Positions 13,501 to 26,530 of a stretch of 64,000 bases of DNA are shown in pieces (the first letter of the stretch is position 1; every line of letters begins with the position of its first letter). A program made the position numbers and the translations under genes. Below the pieces are notes generated by a model, which saw only the letters and a list, made by a program, of their open reading frames with translations, was not told the origin of the DNA and ran no database searches. This stretch comes from Okamejei kenojei (taxonomy: Eukaryota). The stretch spans positions 33,790,001 to 33,854,000 of the forward strand of contig CM069153.1 in NCBI GenBank assembly GCA_035221665.1, in the 5' to 3' direction.

Positions 13501-15000
13501 TTGAGGGGATAGTGACAACAGCGTGATAGAATTTTAACTGGTGATTAAAATTGGTCAGTCCTTGCAAAATTAGTCTGCTAAATCTAAACAAAGGTAATTA
13601 TGATATATAAGAGTTAGATGTGGTTTATTGGGAAAATGCTTTGAAAGACATGACGGAAGACAGACCATGGTTAGCGGTTAAAGAAAATGCATAAATTGCA
13701 ATAAAATGCATCTTTCTTTAAAACACAGTAACTCGAAAGTAAAGTGATTCATCAGTGGTTGACAAGAGAAGTTAATGAGAGTATTAAATCAAAAGAAAAG
13801 GCACATAAAGTTTCCAGAAATAGTAGTAGGTCAGAGGATTAGAAATGTTTCTGAATCCAGCAGAGGCGAAATTGATAAAGAAATGTGATAGAATACGAGC
13901 AGACTGTCAAGAAACATAAAAACTGGCTGTAAAATGTCTATAGGTACATTAAAGGGAGAGCACAAACAACGGAAAATGATGCTTCGTTGCAGACAGAGAC
14001 GGAAGAATTTATAATGGAAAATATAGAAATGGCAACCAAATTAAACTATAACATTGTGTTTGCCTTCATAGAAAACGCACAAGAACAAGATATATATTAA
14101 AGAATCAAACATCTGAAGGAATTCAGTATCAGTTAAAAAATCGAGTTGATCAGCTTGAAAGCTTTTCATGGGCTTTCCTCCGAGCCAAAAAAAAAATTAT
14201 AGGCTTGCGGACAAGAGTGGAGGAGTGGTTCCACCGCTATTTAATTACTCAAGTTCCACGAGAGTTAATTCCTCTTTCACAGAGCCATTAATCAGGATGG
14301 GCTGAATGGCTTCCACTAGGATGCTAGAGGTAATTGTCTAGAAATTGTTCTGTGCCTGGAATTAGGAAGGGTTGAGGGGCAAGGGCAGAGGTGCAGAATT
14401 CCTGTGGAAGGAACAGATTCTCCCCCACATATAGGCCACTGCAAAATTCTTCACTCCAAGAATGTGTTTTGCTCTATGCAAAGTAGTAATCCAGAGATTA
14501 TGGCTTTGTGAACATTTAATTTAGAACGTAGCTGCACATATTTCATCAGCAGAACCTATTTGTACCTGCATGGTCCATGACAACTGGAACTTACCCATTC
14601 CACTGCAAGCTTATCTTTAGTTCTAAAGAGATGTCCTTAATTCTGATAGTGGACAGGCTCCAGAGGCTTTTGGATTTGTGCTTACACCACAGAGAGCAGT
14701 ATCTAGTCTCCGAACTACACTTTTTCCTGCCACTATTCCTTTGCATGGAGGTAAGGGTAATGCTTGTTCCATCTGTGTTACCCTTAGCCCACTCAACAAC
14801 CATGCCACAGCCCTACTCTGCACCTCAAATTTCTCCGGATCACTATTATGCACAACAACTTAAGGGCCTAACCATGTACAATTACATAGTTCCCTTGACC
14901 ATACTTTATTGGCCACGTCCTATTATCAGCTAACACCTAAGAGGTTTTGACTGATAACACTCCTGTCACGTTAGGTCATTTTACAATGTTTAGGTGTATC

Positions 15001-15305
15001 GTTTAGTTTAGAGATATAGCACGGAAACAGGCCCTTAGGCAACTGAGTCCGCACCAACCAGCGATCCCTGCACATTAACACTACCCTATACAGACTAGGG
15101 ACAATTCAACATTGATACCAAGCCAATTAACTTACAAACCTGCATGTCTTTGGAGGGTGGGAGGAAACTGAAGATCTAGGAGAAAACCCACACTGGTCAT
15201 GGGGAGAACGTATAAACTCCCTAGAGACAAGCACCCGTAGTCAGGATTGAACCCGGGTCTCTCCGCTGTAAGGCAGTAGCTCTACCACTATGCTCCCATG
15301 CCACG
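15001..15305 (-). mobile_element. tRNA-derived V-SINE (HE1-like)
   Basis: Same family as 13195-13500; ends in a (ctaaa)n tail. Confidence 0.85.
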
Positions 15306-16300
15306 TTGTTTATTCTTTAATTCTATCCTTTAGTCTGCCCTATGGGATGGCTCACACACGTGACACCGTGCAGTCGTCTATTCTCTGCCCTGTCCAGTGA
15401 TTGCTCTCTTCAATTACTCTGAGTAAATAGCACCAACTCTGCAACTTCATTACCAATCTGGAATCCTCTGAAAATAAATGACCCAATATTAGCCATGCTT
15501 TAAATTGTCAGATTAAAAGCCTGTCATTTGAACCACGTCATTAATAACGATTATTTTATCAGCGCAATTGGTTCACTGCCAGCTTGTCTCAGGCCAGAAA
15601 TGATCATCTTTTCTACTTTAATGACAATCTGATGTATGATAAGAACCAAGCCTCTGCTGTTTAATTGATGCTATAATTAGGCAAATTCACTTTCAAATCA
15701 GCTGGCTATTGCTCATAGCTCAAAAATATAATTTTTGTGGAAATGAAACATAGATGGGACAGACCAAATAAAAATTGCATCCATCATTTTCATCAATATT
15801 AAGAGATGTCAAGAGTGATTTTGTTATTGTTAAAACCCATCTTCCTGTGAAATATTCTTGAATTGAATTAAATGAGGCAATTTTGAAAGCAGGTTGTTGA
15901 TGCAAGTGTCAGTGGAATTGAGATACTTTCAGTGATATTTATCTAGTCTAATTACAGAAGTGCTTTGTTCGTTATTGTGAGAACATTGTAGACCTAAGGT
16001 TTTGGGACTTTTATATGGCGGGGAAAAGCAATGTTGTTTCAGCGGAAGCAGATTTAGAATAATGGGAAGGTTATATATAACAGAGTTACAGTACAGCAAT
16101 TCTAAAGTACATTGAGCAGAGCTGTTGGTTCATGTTGATTTTGTTCCAAAGTGGTTAGGTTGTAATTAAGAACACTTCTAAAGCTACATTACAAACTCTA
16201 CCACATGCGGTCAGACTAACCTAAACTATTCCTGCAGAAAAATGGGTAAATGATCATGACTTTTTAAACACCTTTGAATGAGTTTTGTTTAAAACATTAA

Positions 16301-16568
16301 TGCCCCTGTCCCACTTAGGAAACCTGAACGGAAACCTCTGGAGACTTTGCGCCCCACCCAAGGTTTCCATGTGGTTCCTGGAGGTTTTTGTCAGTCTCCC
16401 TAATGGTCGAAAGTGGTTTCCGTTTTAAAAATCAGTAATTTTTTAGTCGAAGCCGGTTGCGATGCTAGTTGAAGGTGGTTGCCGGTGGACAAAAACCTCC
16501 GGAAACCTTGGGTGGGGCGCAAAGTCTCCAGAGGTTTCCTTTTAGGTTTCCTAAGTGGGACAGGGGCA
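16301..16568. mobile_element. PIF/Harbinger-type MITE, subfamily B
   Basis: Near-perfect TIRs of about 68 bp starting tgcccctgtcccacttaggaaacc. TSD TAA at 16298-16300 and 16569-16571. Confidence 0.9.
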
Positions 16569-16639
16569 TAACTCGTACAAAAGTAGCTAGAAATCTCCTT
16601 TCTCTCCTGCATGGCTAAGAGCAAATTCTGGTCCTTCTA

Positions 16640-17200
16640 GCACAGCACTGGAAGGGATCCCTATCAATTAAGTCTCTTTAGCCTGTATCATTCAGGTCCT
16701 TAACCACACCCATGCCACTCCACCCCATCTTCTGCTCTCCTAACACAGTGACCCTCGATGTCTCTTGTAGCGATCACTATACAACCCCAGCCTGCCCAAT
16801 AGTTGCTACACCACTGCAACCAGTATTAATTTGATCCTCAACCCACTCCACAGCCACAATCCCACTCTCATCCATTGCAATTTGAGGCACATGGGGCCCA
16901 GTCTCACTCACTCCTCTCTGGAATTGAAGCACAGAGTTTATTTTCTTTATTTTCTTCACTTCTTCGCTTCACCATCATCCTGCCCACTGACTCAAGGACG
17001 AAATCCCTGTCTCATGCTTGCCCCACCCGTCACCCCTCCACACCCAGGCAGTGGGTTTGATTCCACTCCTTCCCAATCCCCTTTCCCTGTCATACCTGTG
17101 GCCTGTGGATATTCCAGCTCTTCAAACCAAGCCTCCAGAGGATCAGTGTTTCTTGACCACCATCACGCAGACAATTCCTGTTTCACCTGCCTCTGTGTGA
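16640..17200 (+). mobile_element. Highly decayed Penelope-like RT fragment
   Basis: C-rich strand bias and patchy similarity to the 21-22 kb element. No intact motifs; boundaries approximate. Confidence 0.35.
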
Positions 17201-19499
17201 ATTTTTTTTCCATCACACCTTAAATTTGTGTCCGCTAATACTTTACTTCTCTACCCTGGAAAAAAGACTGATCATCCATGTTATCTATGCCACTCATGAT
17301 TTTTTTAATACCTCAGTAATATTTCAATGAAGGAGTAATCAGATGGGATTCCGCAATGCTGGCCGATTTTTCACCTCCTTAGTCTAAAGGTGCTAACACC
17401 AAGCATGGTGTCCTTATCCAACATCATCTGCCTCAACATTTCAGGGATTAACTCTCAGAACATGTTATCTTCAGTTGGTCACTTTGCACATTGTGCCTCT
17501 GTTATTTTTCTCACATTGTTAGGCCCACTGACCTGTTCAGGAAACCTGACGCTCCTACTGTTGATAGAAAGGTTGCCATAATTATGATTTATGTATTTTT
17601 GGGGAGCCTCTGATTGAATGATGTACCAAAGCTAAGACTCCAGGGTTACAAAGGAAAATGACCCTTCACTCTGAATGTTATTATTTGTACTGTATCTGAA
17701 AGTGAACCCTTTGGGTATTGAGTGCTCTTTCTAGTCTTTTGTAATATGGAGATTTTATACCAGCTATGATTTCATACAAATTTCTCTGATGTTACATATT
17801 TATAAATTTTTCTCTCTGTGACATTTTCCATTCTATTTTTATTTTCAATCTGATATTGCATTATCCACCAAAGTCAAAAGCACATTGATGCTGCATGGAC
17901 ATTGAATAAAGATTTGGATCCAGATTCTTTCGGAAAGGCCTTGCATATTGATATTGCATGAGTTTTGGGGGGAACTTGATGAGCTAAATATTGAAAGTCA
18001 ATCACAGAACAATGGATACTGTCCATCCCTCTCCATTAAACACTTTGATCTAATTTGTTAACTTTTGCTAACTTTTGTTGGGATGATTTCCATGTGAAAT
18101 GGTCAACATTATGTACCAGGACTAAGCTATTTATCCTGAAGTTTACTTGGGTTATTCAACAATAAAACTAAACCAGTGTGCTGCTGGTTGTTACAGGTCC
18201 GGACTTAGGCACTTTAGTCCCACTTTCAAGAGGTTGCAGAACTAGAGTACAACACTGAAAGAAGCATGTGTGCAAAGGAGGTTATTCTGTTGTGCCTGTG
18301 CTGGACGTTTGAGAAAGATTTACAATTTGTCCTAGTCACTTGCCCCTTTTTATTTTCCTAGAATATCCAATTACTTTTGAAAATTACTGGTGGATCTTCT
18401 CCTACCATCTTCGTAGGCTGTGCAATCCAGGTCATAAAATCAAATTACGCAAAATAATTAAAATTTCTCTTCAGTTTCTTTTGCCAATTATTTTGAAACA
18501 TCCTCTGCGAGACTTCCCTCCCTGTGGAACCAGTTTCGTATTTACCAAAACATTCATAGTTAATAGCATCTCTTCTTAACTTTGCCTCCTGTAAAGAAAA
18601 CAATCCCAGATTATTCGATCTGCACATACGAAATGTAATTTCATCCATACATTTTGGTAAATGTGCTTTGAACTATCACCAAGGACTTAACCAGCATAGA
18701 ACATGTGGATCATAACAATCTAACGACTCAAATGTGAAGCTATCTGGTGTGTAGATGATTAATGAAGTTAAAGTTTATAACCCGTGTCATTTGTACACAT
18801 GGGGCAATGCTGGGTTTTCAACTGTACATACCCTAAGTAATAATTCTGGGACACATGATATATTTAACAAGTGGCAGCTGCATCTGTCTCAGGAGATACT
18901 GAATGCATTAAATATGATCTGCTTCCCTCGATTGTACTGTCCTGCTCTTTTGACGTAAGATGTCCTTTTAGTCTGAGCACATCCATAATCATTTGTGTTA
19001 ATCAATGATCTTGCAAATCTAATGAAACTTCAAACCGCATGTATTTTAGTGACAAAAAAAATCAACGTGTCCTTAAATACCCGAACAAAATAGATGGCAG
19101 GGACTGAACAATGATAGAAATACTGATAGAAATGCTCAATTAAATTGGTCAATTAAGTAATGAATGATAGTGACCAAAGTATTAATCACCAAATTTAATA
19201 GTGTATGCTATTAAAAGATATCGAAGTAATTCTTAATTGACAGGAAACAGATTACTTTGAAAGATATAAATGAATAACATGCATGATTTACAGAAGATAT
19301 CTGAGCAGTAAATGAATCCACTTGGAAACACACCGATATTAATAGATGAACACAACACATGTTAATGCATTAATAAATCGAAAAAAAATGTTTTGCTGAG
19401 CATCAATAAATATATCGAAAATAATTGATAAGATCGCTTTTGACACTAAATCCAGTGATAGGAACAAGAAAAATTCACATCTCTGCTCTTATCTCGTAG

Positions 19500-19659
19500 G
19501 TATGCGGATACTGGTGACCCTGCTGCTGGACACTTTGCCTATGTTAGGCAACGTACTTCTCCTCTGTTTCTTTGTCTTCTTTATTTTCGGCATTGTTGGG
19601 GTCCAACTATGGGCAGGGCTTCTACGAAACAGGTGCTTTCTTGAAGAAAACTATACCAT
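19500..19659 (+). CDS. CACNA1G: CACNA1G exon (exon 5 equivalent): IS4-S5 linker and IS5
   Basis: ctcgtag|GTATGCGG...TATACCAT|gtaagt, 160 nt. Translates to [52 protein letters not shown]. Phase is compatible with both neighbours. Confidence 0.96.
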
Positions 19660-21112
19660 GTAAGTATGTCTGAATCTGATTGGATTGTTAGTTACATGGT
19701 AAAATAAGAATGCCATGTAAATGCAAATATGAATATGAATGTGGTGCGAGTAATCTTAAATTTGCTTCTGGTACAGAGGTTCCAGTGTATTATATGGGAA
19801 GGGTTTGGCAGCTAACGTACACACAGGTGTAATGTAAATGCAACCAATAACACCAACACTCAATTCTTTATCTAAACAAAAACTAAATTCTTTGCTGTCT
19901 GAGTTTGTTCATGACATCCACACGTTTGACCGTCAGTTCTCAATCTTTGTACTACCTTTATAACACTAAATGTGCATGGTTTTCTGCCATTCTTAATCAT
20001 GGTCAATTCAGAATTCAACTCCATTTATATTTGTTCCCTTTGCAAAACAAATTTATTTCAATCTCCTGTATTGTAAATCTTAATTTACTGTAAATGTAAT
20101 GTTATGTAAATCCACAGTTTTTTGAGGAGTTTGCAGATTTTCCCTGTTTACCGTTAGACCTTGCCACTTATTTCCCCCTAATTTTAAATTAATCTCACCC
20201 AGCAATCTCCTTAAGCATGTTATCCAGCAGGTGAGAGCAGAATGCAACCTCCAGGCCCTGGATAAATTATTTATCCTATGTCCTGAAGCATTACAATGGA
20301 CCGTAACATTTACTGGTTATAGTCTATGACCAGTATTCCGTGCCTGCTGACAAGAAACCTCTGAAATCAAGTTGCTCTAAAATATGATGGTTGGAAACTC
20401 TTTTTCAATCTGGGCAGGGTTTTCTTCACACACAATGAGAACTCAGGGTCTGACTCCATTATTGGGTGTTGACTGTACTCACTCCATGATTTGAGCTATC
20501 AGACGATAGCTTGAATGATTTCCACAATTTGTAGTGGGTCAGGGAAGATGTACAACTATGTACTTAGTTGTACATCTAAGCTTAGTTGACCACAGCCCTT
20601 ACCTCAGAGACAGGGTTCCTCCTTGTGCGATAACTTGTGAATGGGACTCAACGGAGTACGCAAACTTGGTTACGGAATGAGGCAACCTAAGGAGAGAGCA
20701 AAATTGAATAATATGTTGGCTAAGCTGGTGTACATTGCATTAAAGCCTTGCACCATGTGATGAAGAGGCAGACCTTATGCCAGAGCTCTCAGTGATATGC
20801 TGTTAGGCATCGCATCTGTAAGTGATCAACTTCATCCCTTCATCGTCTTTTGAGCTGGTGATGCAATGTTCCCAGGCTCACTAGCCATTAGTGTAAAAAG
20901 CAACTCAAAACCACCTCTATGGTTAACCCACTTTCCAGCTGCGACTACATTAATTCTCCCTGTCCGTTAGTCATGCTTGCTTTCTGATATAATAGTCAGA
21001 GATAACCAAGGACAAACTTACTACTGAAGATCCGAATAAAGAAGAGGATAAGAAATAGAACATAGTCCCTTTGTCCCATCATGTTTGTGTTGACCATGAT
21101 GCCATTCTAACT

Positions 21113-22765
21113 TGACTCCATCCTCTCCCCCTTGGTTAAATCCCTCCCCACCTATGTTCAAGACACCTCTGACAGTCTCCGTCGCTCCGCGCATTCCATT
21201 CTCCAGGCCCCCATCCTCTCATCTTCACCATGGATGTCCAGTCACTCTACTCCTCCATCCCCCACCAGGATGGTCTCAAAGCCTTCCGGTTCTTCCTCGA
21301 CTGGAGGAGCAACCTATACCCGTCCACTGATACTCTTCTCCATCTAGCGGAGTTGGTCCTTACCCTCAATAACTTCTCGTTTGACTCCTCCCATTTCCTC
21401 CAAATACAAGGTGTAGCTATGGGCACATACATGGGCCCCAGCTACGCCAGCCTCTTTGTCGGGTACGTCGAACAATCCTTGTTCTCGGCGTACCAGGGCC
21501 CCATCCCCGACCTCTGCCTCTGCTACATCGACGATTGCTTTGGTGCCACCTCCTGCACCCACACACAACTGACTGACTTCATCCGTTTCACCACCAACTT
21601 CCATCCGGCACTCAAATACACCTGGACCATTTACGACACTTCCCTACCATTCCTTGACCTCACTATCTCCATCGTAGATGATAGACTCCTAACCGACATC
21701 CACTATAAACCCACTGTCTCCCACGGCTATCTGGACTACTCTTCCTCCCACACTGCTTCCTGTAAGGACTCCATCCCCTAATCCCAATTCCTCCGTCTAT
21801 GCCGCATCTGCTCCCAGGATGAGGTACACCAGGGTATGACAAATGTCCTCATTCTTCAGGGAATGGGGATTCACCTCCTTCACTATAGATGAGGCTCGCA
21901 TCAGGGTCTCCTCCATACCCTGCAACACTGCCATCTCTCCCCATCCCCCCACTCGCAACAAGGGCAGAGTCCCCCTGGTCCTCATCTTTCACCCCACCAG
22001 CCGGCACATACAACACATAGTCCTCCGCCAGTTTCACCACCTCCAACGTGACCCCACCACTCGCCACATTTCCCTGTCTGTCTTCCGCAAAGACCGCTCT
22101 CTCCGCAACTCCCTTGTCAATTCTTCCCTTCCCTCCCGCTCCACCCTTTCCCCGGGCACTTTCCCTTGCAACCGCAAGAGATGCTAAACTTGTCGCTTTA
22201 CCTCCCCCCTCCACTCCATTCAAGGACCCAAGCAGTCGTTCCAGGTCCGACAGAGGGTTCACCTGCACCTCCTCCAACCTCACCTATTGCATCCGCTGCT
22301 CCAGATGCCAGATGATCTATATCGGTGAGACCAAGCGGCGGCTTGGCAATCATTTCGCCAAACACCTCCGCTCGGTCCGCAATAACCAACCCGACCTCCC
22401 GGTGGCTCAGCACTTCAACTCCCCCTCCCATTCCGTATCCGACCTCTCTGTCCTGGGCCTCCTCCACGGCCAGAGTGAGCAACACCGCAAATTGGAGGAA
22501 CAGCACCTCATATTCCGCTTGGGGAGTCTGCATCCTCTTGGCAAGAACATCAAATTCTCTCAATTCTGTTAACCCTTGCTGCCTCCTCCCCTTCCTACCA
22601 CTCCCTCATCCCTCGGGCTCCTCCTCCTCCTTTTTCCTTTCTTCCCTCCGCCTCCCCCCACCCTCCATCAGTGTGAAGAAGGGTTTCGGCCAAAAACGTT
22701 GCCTATCTCCTTCGCTGCATAGATGCTGCTGCACCTGCTGAGTTTCTCCAGCATTTTGTGTACCC
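21113..22765 (+). mobile_element. 5'-truncated, inactivated Penelope-like element (RT + GIY-YIG endonuclease + 3' pLTR)
   Basis: RT motifs MDVQSLY, QIQGVAMGT..GPSYA and YIDD (ORF 21230-21781). CC-x-YIGET..R and LEE GIY-YIG motifs (ORF 22048-22572). In-frame stops at 21779 and 22185 plus a frameshift. 14-bp TSD atgccattctaact at 21099-21112 and 22766-22779. Confidence 0.92.
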
Positions 22766-23420
22766 ATGCCATTCTAACTATTCCCAACTACTTGCACATG
22801 GTCCATACACTCTCAATTCCCTGCCTGTTCATGGATCTGTTTAAATACCTCTTAAACATTGCTATCGTATGTGCCTCTACCACTTCCCCTCGCATATCTT
22901 CCCTCTCTTATCTTTTTCATCTTATACCTACACCCTCTAATATTTGATATTTGCACTTTGGGAGACCGTAAATCTTCATAAGTGTGAGCAGTATCCACCC
23001 ACAGTGAAAGCAGTTTCGTGCTCTGAGACTGGTTGTGGTGCACTGGCTGATTGTGGTGCAGTGCGGCTTCAGGGTTGCTACCAACTACAGGACGCTCTGA
23101 ACCAAGCCCAGGTCTGAAGTGGACTTATTTCCTACCATTTAACAATGCGATTGTACTAATTCCATTGTGACAATCAGTCACTCTCATTTGGTGATCTTCC
23201 AATAAAAATCCTGGAAGCGGCAGCAGTTATGCCAATGGAGATATGAGTAAATCTATGCAGGTATTAACATGGTGCTTTTAAACAACCACAGGCCCATCAC
23301 AACTTGCCATGCAGAGCAGTATAATGCAAAGTTGTATATTCAAGAAATTGGAGTGCATGGTGTTGTAGTTTAAAGTGCAATACTGTTAAATTTCAATGAA
23401 AAATAAAATTTCAACATGGA

Positions 23421-23465
23421 TTGTAAAGCTGAATTTTGTAAAGCTGAATTTTGTTAAGCTGAATT
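23421..23465. repeat. 15-bp tandem repeat, 3 copies
   Basis: Unit ttgtaaagctgaatt. Confidence 0.88.
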
Positions 23466-24091
23466 AATGTCAGATGTGAGTAGTGACATTCAGTAACACC
23501 ACTTGACACCACTTTAGGGATCCCTGTTCAGAATAATGTTATCCACTGGCTCCTCATGAGAGCAGGCTTTCAGCCAGACCCAAGTCTGCTCACCATTTCA
23601 TTGTTAGAGAGGACCTTCCTAAGCAGGTTTCAGTCCACTGTTGGGATATTTCATCAGGCACTTAGCCTTTCATTGGATTTCTTTCCACCAGATGCAGTCC
23701 CAACCCTCCTTTGCCCCAAAGTTGCAACCATAACCTAATTGTTAACCCTGGACCCCCATCCACTATCAACTGGCCTAACCTGCTACCACCAGCCTCTTCA
23801 CCCCACCTTTGTAATGGTTCCATGAGTGAGAAACTTACTAAAGTGGTCTCACTATCCTTTGGGCTATAACTTTTCCTTTCATTAATCTGGCTGCTTACTT
23901 TTGTTGTCTATTAATTAGTCTATTCTCAGCCTCGATTGAATTTTAAAATTCGCAAGTCATAAGATGATGGTAAACAGAAAAGGCCAAATATCCACCCGTA
24001 TAGCAACTGTTTTGGCACACTTTGTGGAACCTTCTGAGACTAATTTCTTAATTATCTCACAAATTCTACTACTTTTCCTGTGTATTCTCAG

Positions 24092-24398
24092 ACCTGCCTC
24101 CCAAGAGTTGGATCGATATTATCACACAGAAAATGACGATGAAAACCCCTTCATTTGCTCTCTCATGAAGGATAATGGAATGCGTTATTGTCGCACTGTG
24201 CCACAAAGACGAGTGAACAACATTGATTGTACCTTGGATGATGCAAGTTACTTCCTGTTACAGGGTAACACCACAAACAATGCCAGCTGTGTAAACTGGA
24301 ATCAGTATTACACCCAATGCCAGCCTGCTGATCACAACCCATTCAAAGGAGCCATCAACTTTGATAACATTGGATATGCATGGATAGCAATATTCCAG
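24092..24398 (+). CDS. CACNA1G: CACNA1G exon (exon 6 equivalent): domain I extracellular loop and P1 helix
   Basis: ttctcag|ACCTGCC...ATATTCCAG|gtattt, 307 nt. Lies within ORF 23964-24407: ENPFICS...[11 protein letters not shown]...[21 protein letters not shown]. Confidence 0.96.
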
Positions 24399-24838
24399 GT
24401 ATTTTGAGTATTTCTCTCTTCCCTGACTTTTAAGGTGAAGAAGACTAGAAGGCTCAGTTTCTTACCTTCTTAAAGCTGTCAACAACTTTCATTAGATTCA
24501 CTAACAGTGTACAACATTTTCATTAAAAACTGAAAGTGAAGGCTCATAATTATATTGATCTCAAGACATTGCAGTGTTTTAGAATTTATTAAGTAGTTTT
24601 GCAAAATTGAGAAATACAATTTACAAATAGCAAGGATGAACAAAAAGCAATGAGATAAATGGCTAAATAATCTTTCTTTCATGGTGGTTTAGATAAATAT
24701 CGGGCTGTAGTCTTCTTTGAAATGATGTGATAGGATCTATTAGATTCACACTAATAGCAAGCTTATATCTCATCTGAAAGACCACAGCTACCAATTGTGC
24801 AACATTGCCTTTGTCAGGTAGAAGAGGTTTTTTTACAG

Positions 24839-25011
24839 GGTACACAAAAGGCTGGAGAAACTCAATGGGTGCAGCAGCATCTAAGGAGCGAAGGAGATAG
24901 GCAACGTTTCGGGACGAAACCCTTCTTCAGACTGATGAGAGGTGGGGGCGGGGGGGGGGGGGGCGGGGAGAAGAAAGGATAAAGGAGGAGGAGGAGCCCG
25001 AGGGCTGAGGG
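24839..25011 (-). mobile_element. Penelope 3'/pLTR fragment with intact hammerhead-like core
   Basis: Reverse complement of about 22605-22765. Core at 24902-24930 reads ctgaagaagggtttcgtcccgaaacgttg on the minus strand. Confidence 0.85.
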
Positions 25012-25259
25012 ATTTGACTGATGGGAGGTACATTTTGAAGTACAGATGGAAGCCCAGTGCTCAGTTTATCTAGTACCCAATGCCTCGTGATTTATTAAAA
25101 CGAGTATCAAAACACACTGCAGGTTTTCAGGATTTCGATTAAGGAAACTTTGGGAAGAAGTAAACCAGAACCTCTGGTTCCAAACTAAAACCCCTCAGCA
25201 TTGAAATTGGTTCTGATGTTTACATCAGAGTCACTAGGCACAATAGGGTAAAAGGAACA

Positions 25260-25392
25260 AACAAAATGTGTAGGAAGGACCTGCAGATGCTGGTTTAAAT
25301 CGAAAATAGACACAAAATGCTGGAGTAACTCAGCGGGATAGGCAGCATATCTGGAGAGAAGAAATGGGTGATGTTTCGGGTTGAGACCCTTA
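25260..25392 (-). mobile_element. Penelope pLTR-derived short repeat
   Basis: ggaaggacctgcagatgctggtttaaatcg...gtttcgggttgagaccctt. Approximately 15-bp TSD agggtaaaa(g/a)gaaca at 25245-25259 and 25393-25407. Confidence 0.8.
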
Positions 25393-25659
25393 AGGGTAAA
25401 AAGAACAGGTCAGTTTTCTCTGACATATCTCACCATCGGTACAGTTTAACTATGACAAGGAAAAAATCTTTGTACAATTCAACTTTGATGTTGATTGCTT
25501 CGGTGAATGTGTAGAGATTGATTCCGGCCCATTCACAGAGCGACTCTGGGAATTGTGCAAAATATGTGAGAATGAATTTTACGGCACCAATAATAACAGA
25601 AGCATTAATGGCCAGTGGTATTACCTTGTTTGTATTGTGCAATAAACTATGCACTGGCA

Positions 25660-26240
25660 TCTATCTCTTGGATGCTACTGAAAAATGATGCAATGTTAAC
25701 TTGTATGGAACACTGGTTAGAGTACATTTGGTGTTCTGTGATCTCCATATTTGTAAAAAAGACATTGGAGCAGGTACATGGGAGATTTACAAGGATTAGA
25801 TCAGAATTAAGAGGATATATCTGTCAGCAAATGCAGAAAAGGCTGGGGCACATTTGAGTTGAAAACAGAGGCTGAGTGGTGACTGGGAAAGATCTTTAAG
25901 ATTAAGTAAATATTAAGGTAAGGTTTCGAAAATGTTTCTTTGTGGGAAGAAATAAAACTAGAAGTCATAAATATGTGATAATTGCTGCGATATACAATAT
26001 AAATTCAGTAAAGGACTTAAAAGAAAATTATTTAGCCAAAGAATGTTATGAATATCAAACATGATGCCACATTAAACAACTGAGGTGAATATGATGGCTG
26101 CACTTAAAGGTGAAGCTGGAGGACCACACCAGAGGAAGAAAATGGTAAACATTCTGACAAGTTTAGATGTAAAAGGATGGAATGAAATGGAAAATCCAAC
26201 GATGCCTGTATGGATCAGTTAAGTCAAATGGCATGTTTTA
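25660..26240 (+). mobile_element. Old CR1 3' fragment
   Basis: Decayed LE.V..RFTR coding remnant and tail. Similar old fragments lie at about 1760-2110, 13510-14130, 18200-18720, 46110-46490, 54200-54660 and 62335-62840. Confidence 0.6.
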
Positions 26241-26241
26241 A

Positions 26242-26530
26242 GTGGTGCAGCGGTAGAGTTGCTACTTTATGGCACCAGGGACCCGGGTTTGATCCTGGCT
26301 ATGGGTGCTGTCTGTACAGAGTTTGTATATTCTCCCTGTGACCACGTGGGTTTTCTCCGGATTCTCTAGTTTCCAGCCACATTCCAAAGACGTGCAGGTT
26401 TGTAGGTTAATTGGCTTCTGTAAATTGTCCCTCGTGTATAGGATAGAACTAGTGTGAACGGGTAATCGATGGTCGGCACGGACTCAGTGGGCTGAAGAGC
26501 CTGGTTCCACGCTGTATCGCTCAACTAAAG
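26242..26530 (+). mobile_element. tRNA-derived V-SINE (HE1-like)
   Basis: gtggtgcagcggtagagttgc (A box), cccgggtttgatcc (B box), core ttctccctgtgaccacgtgggttttctcc, tail gggctgaagagcctggttccacgctgtat. Confidence 0.87.

Noticed and set aside
21230-22572. Active or domesticated RT/endonuclease gene
   Set aside because: 5'-truncated, with two in-frame stops, a frameshift and a mutated hammerhead core.
26242-26315. tRNA gene
   Set aside because: The A/B boxes belong to a SINE head that continues into the V-domain and a CR1-like tail; there is no cloverleaf.
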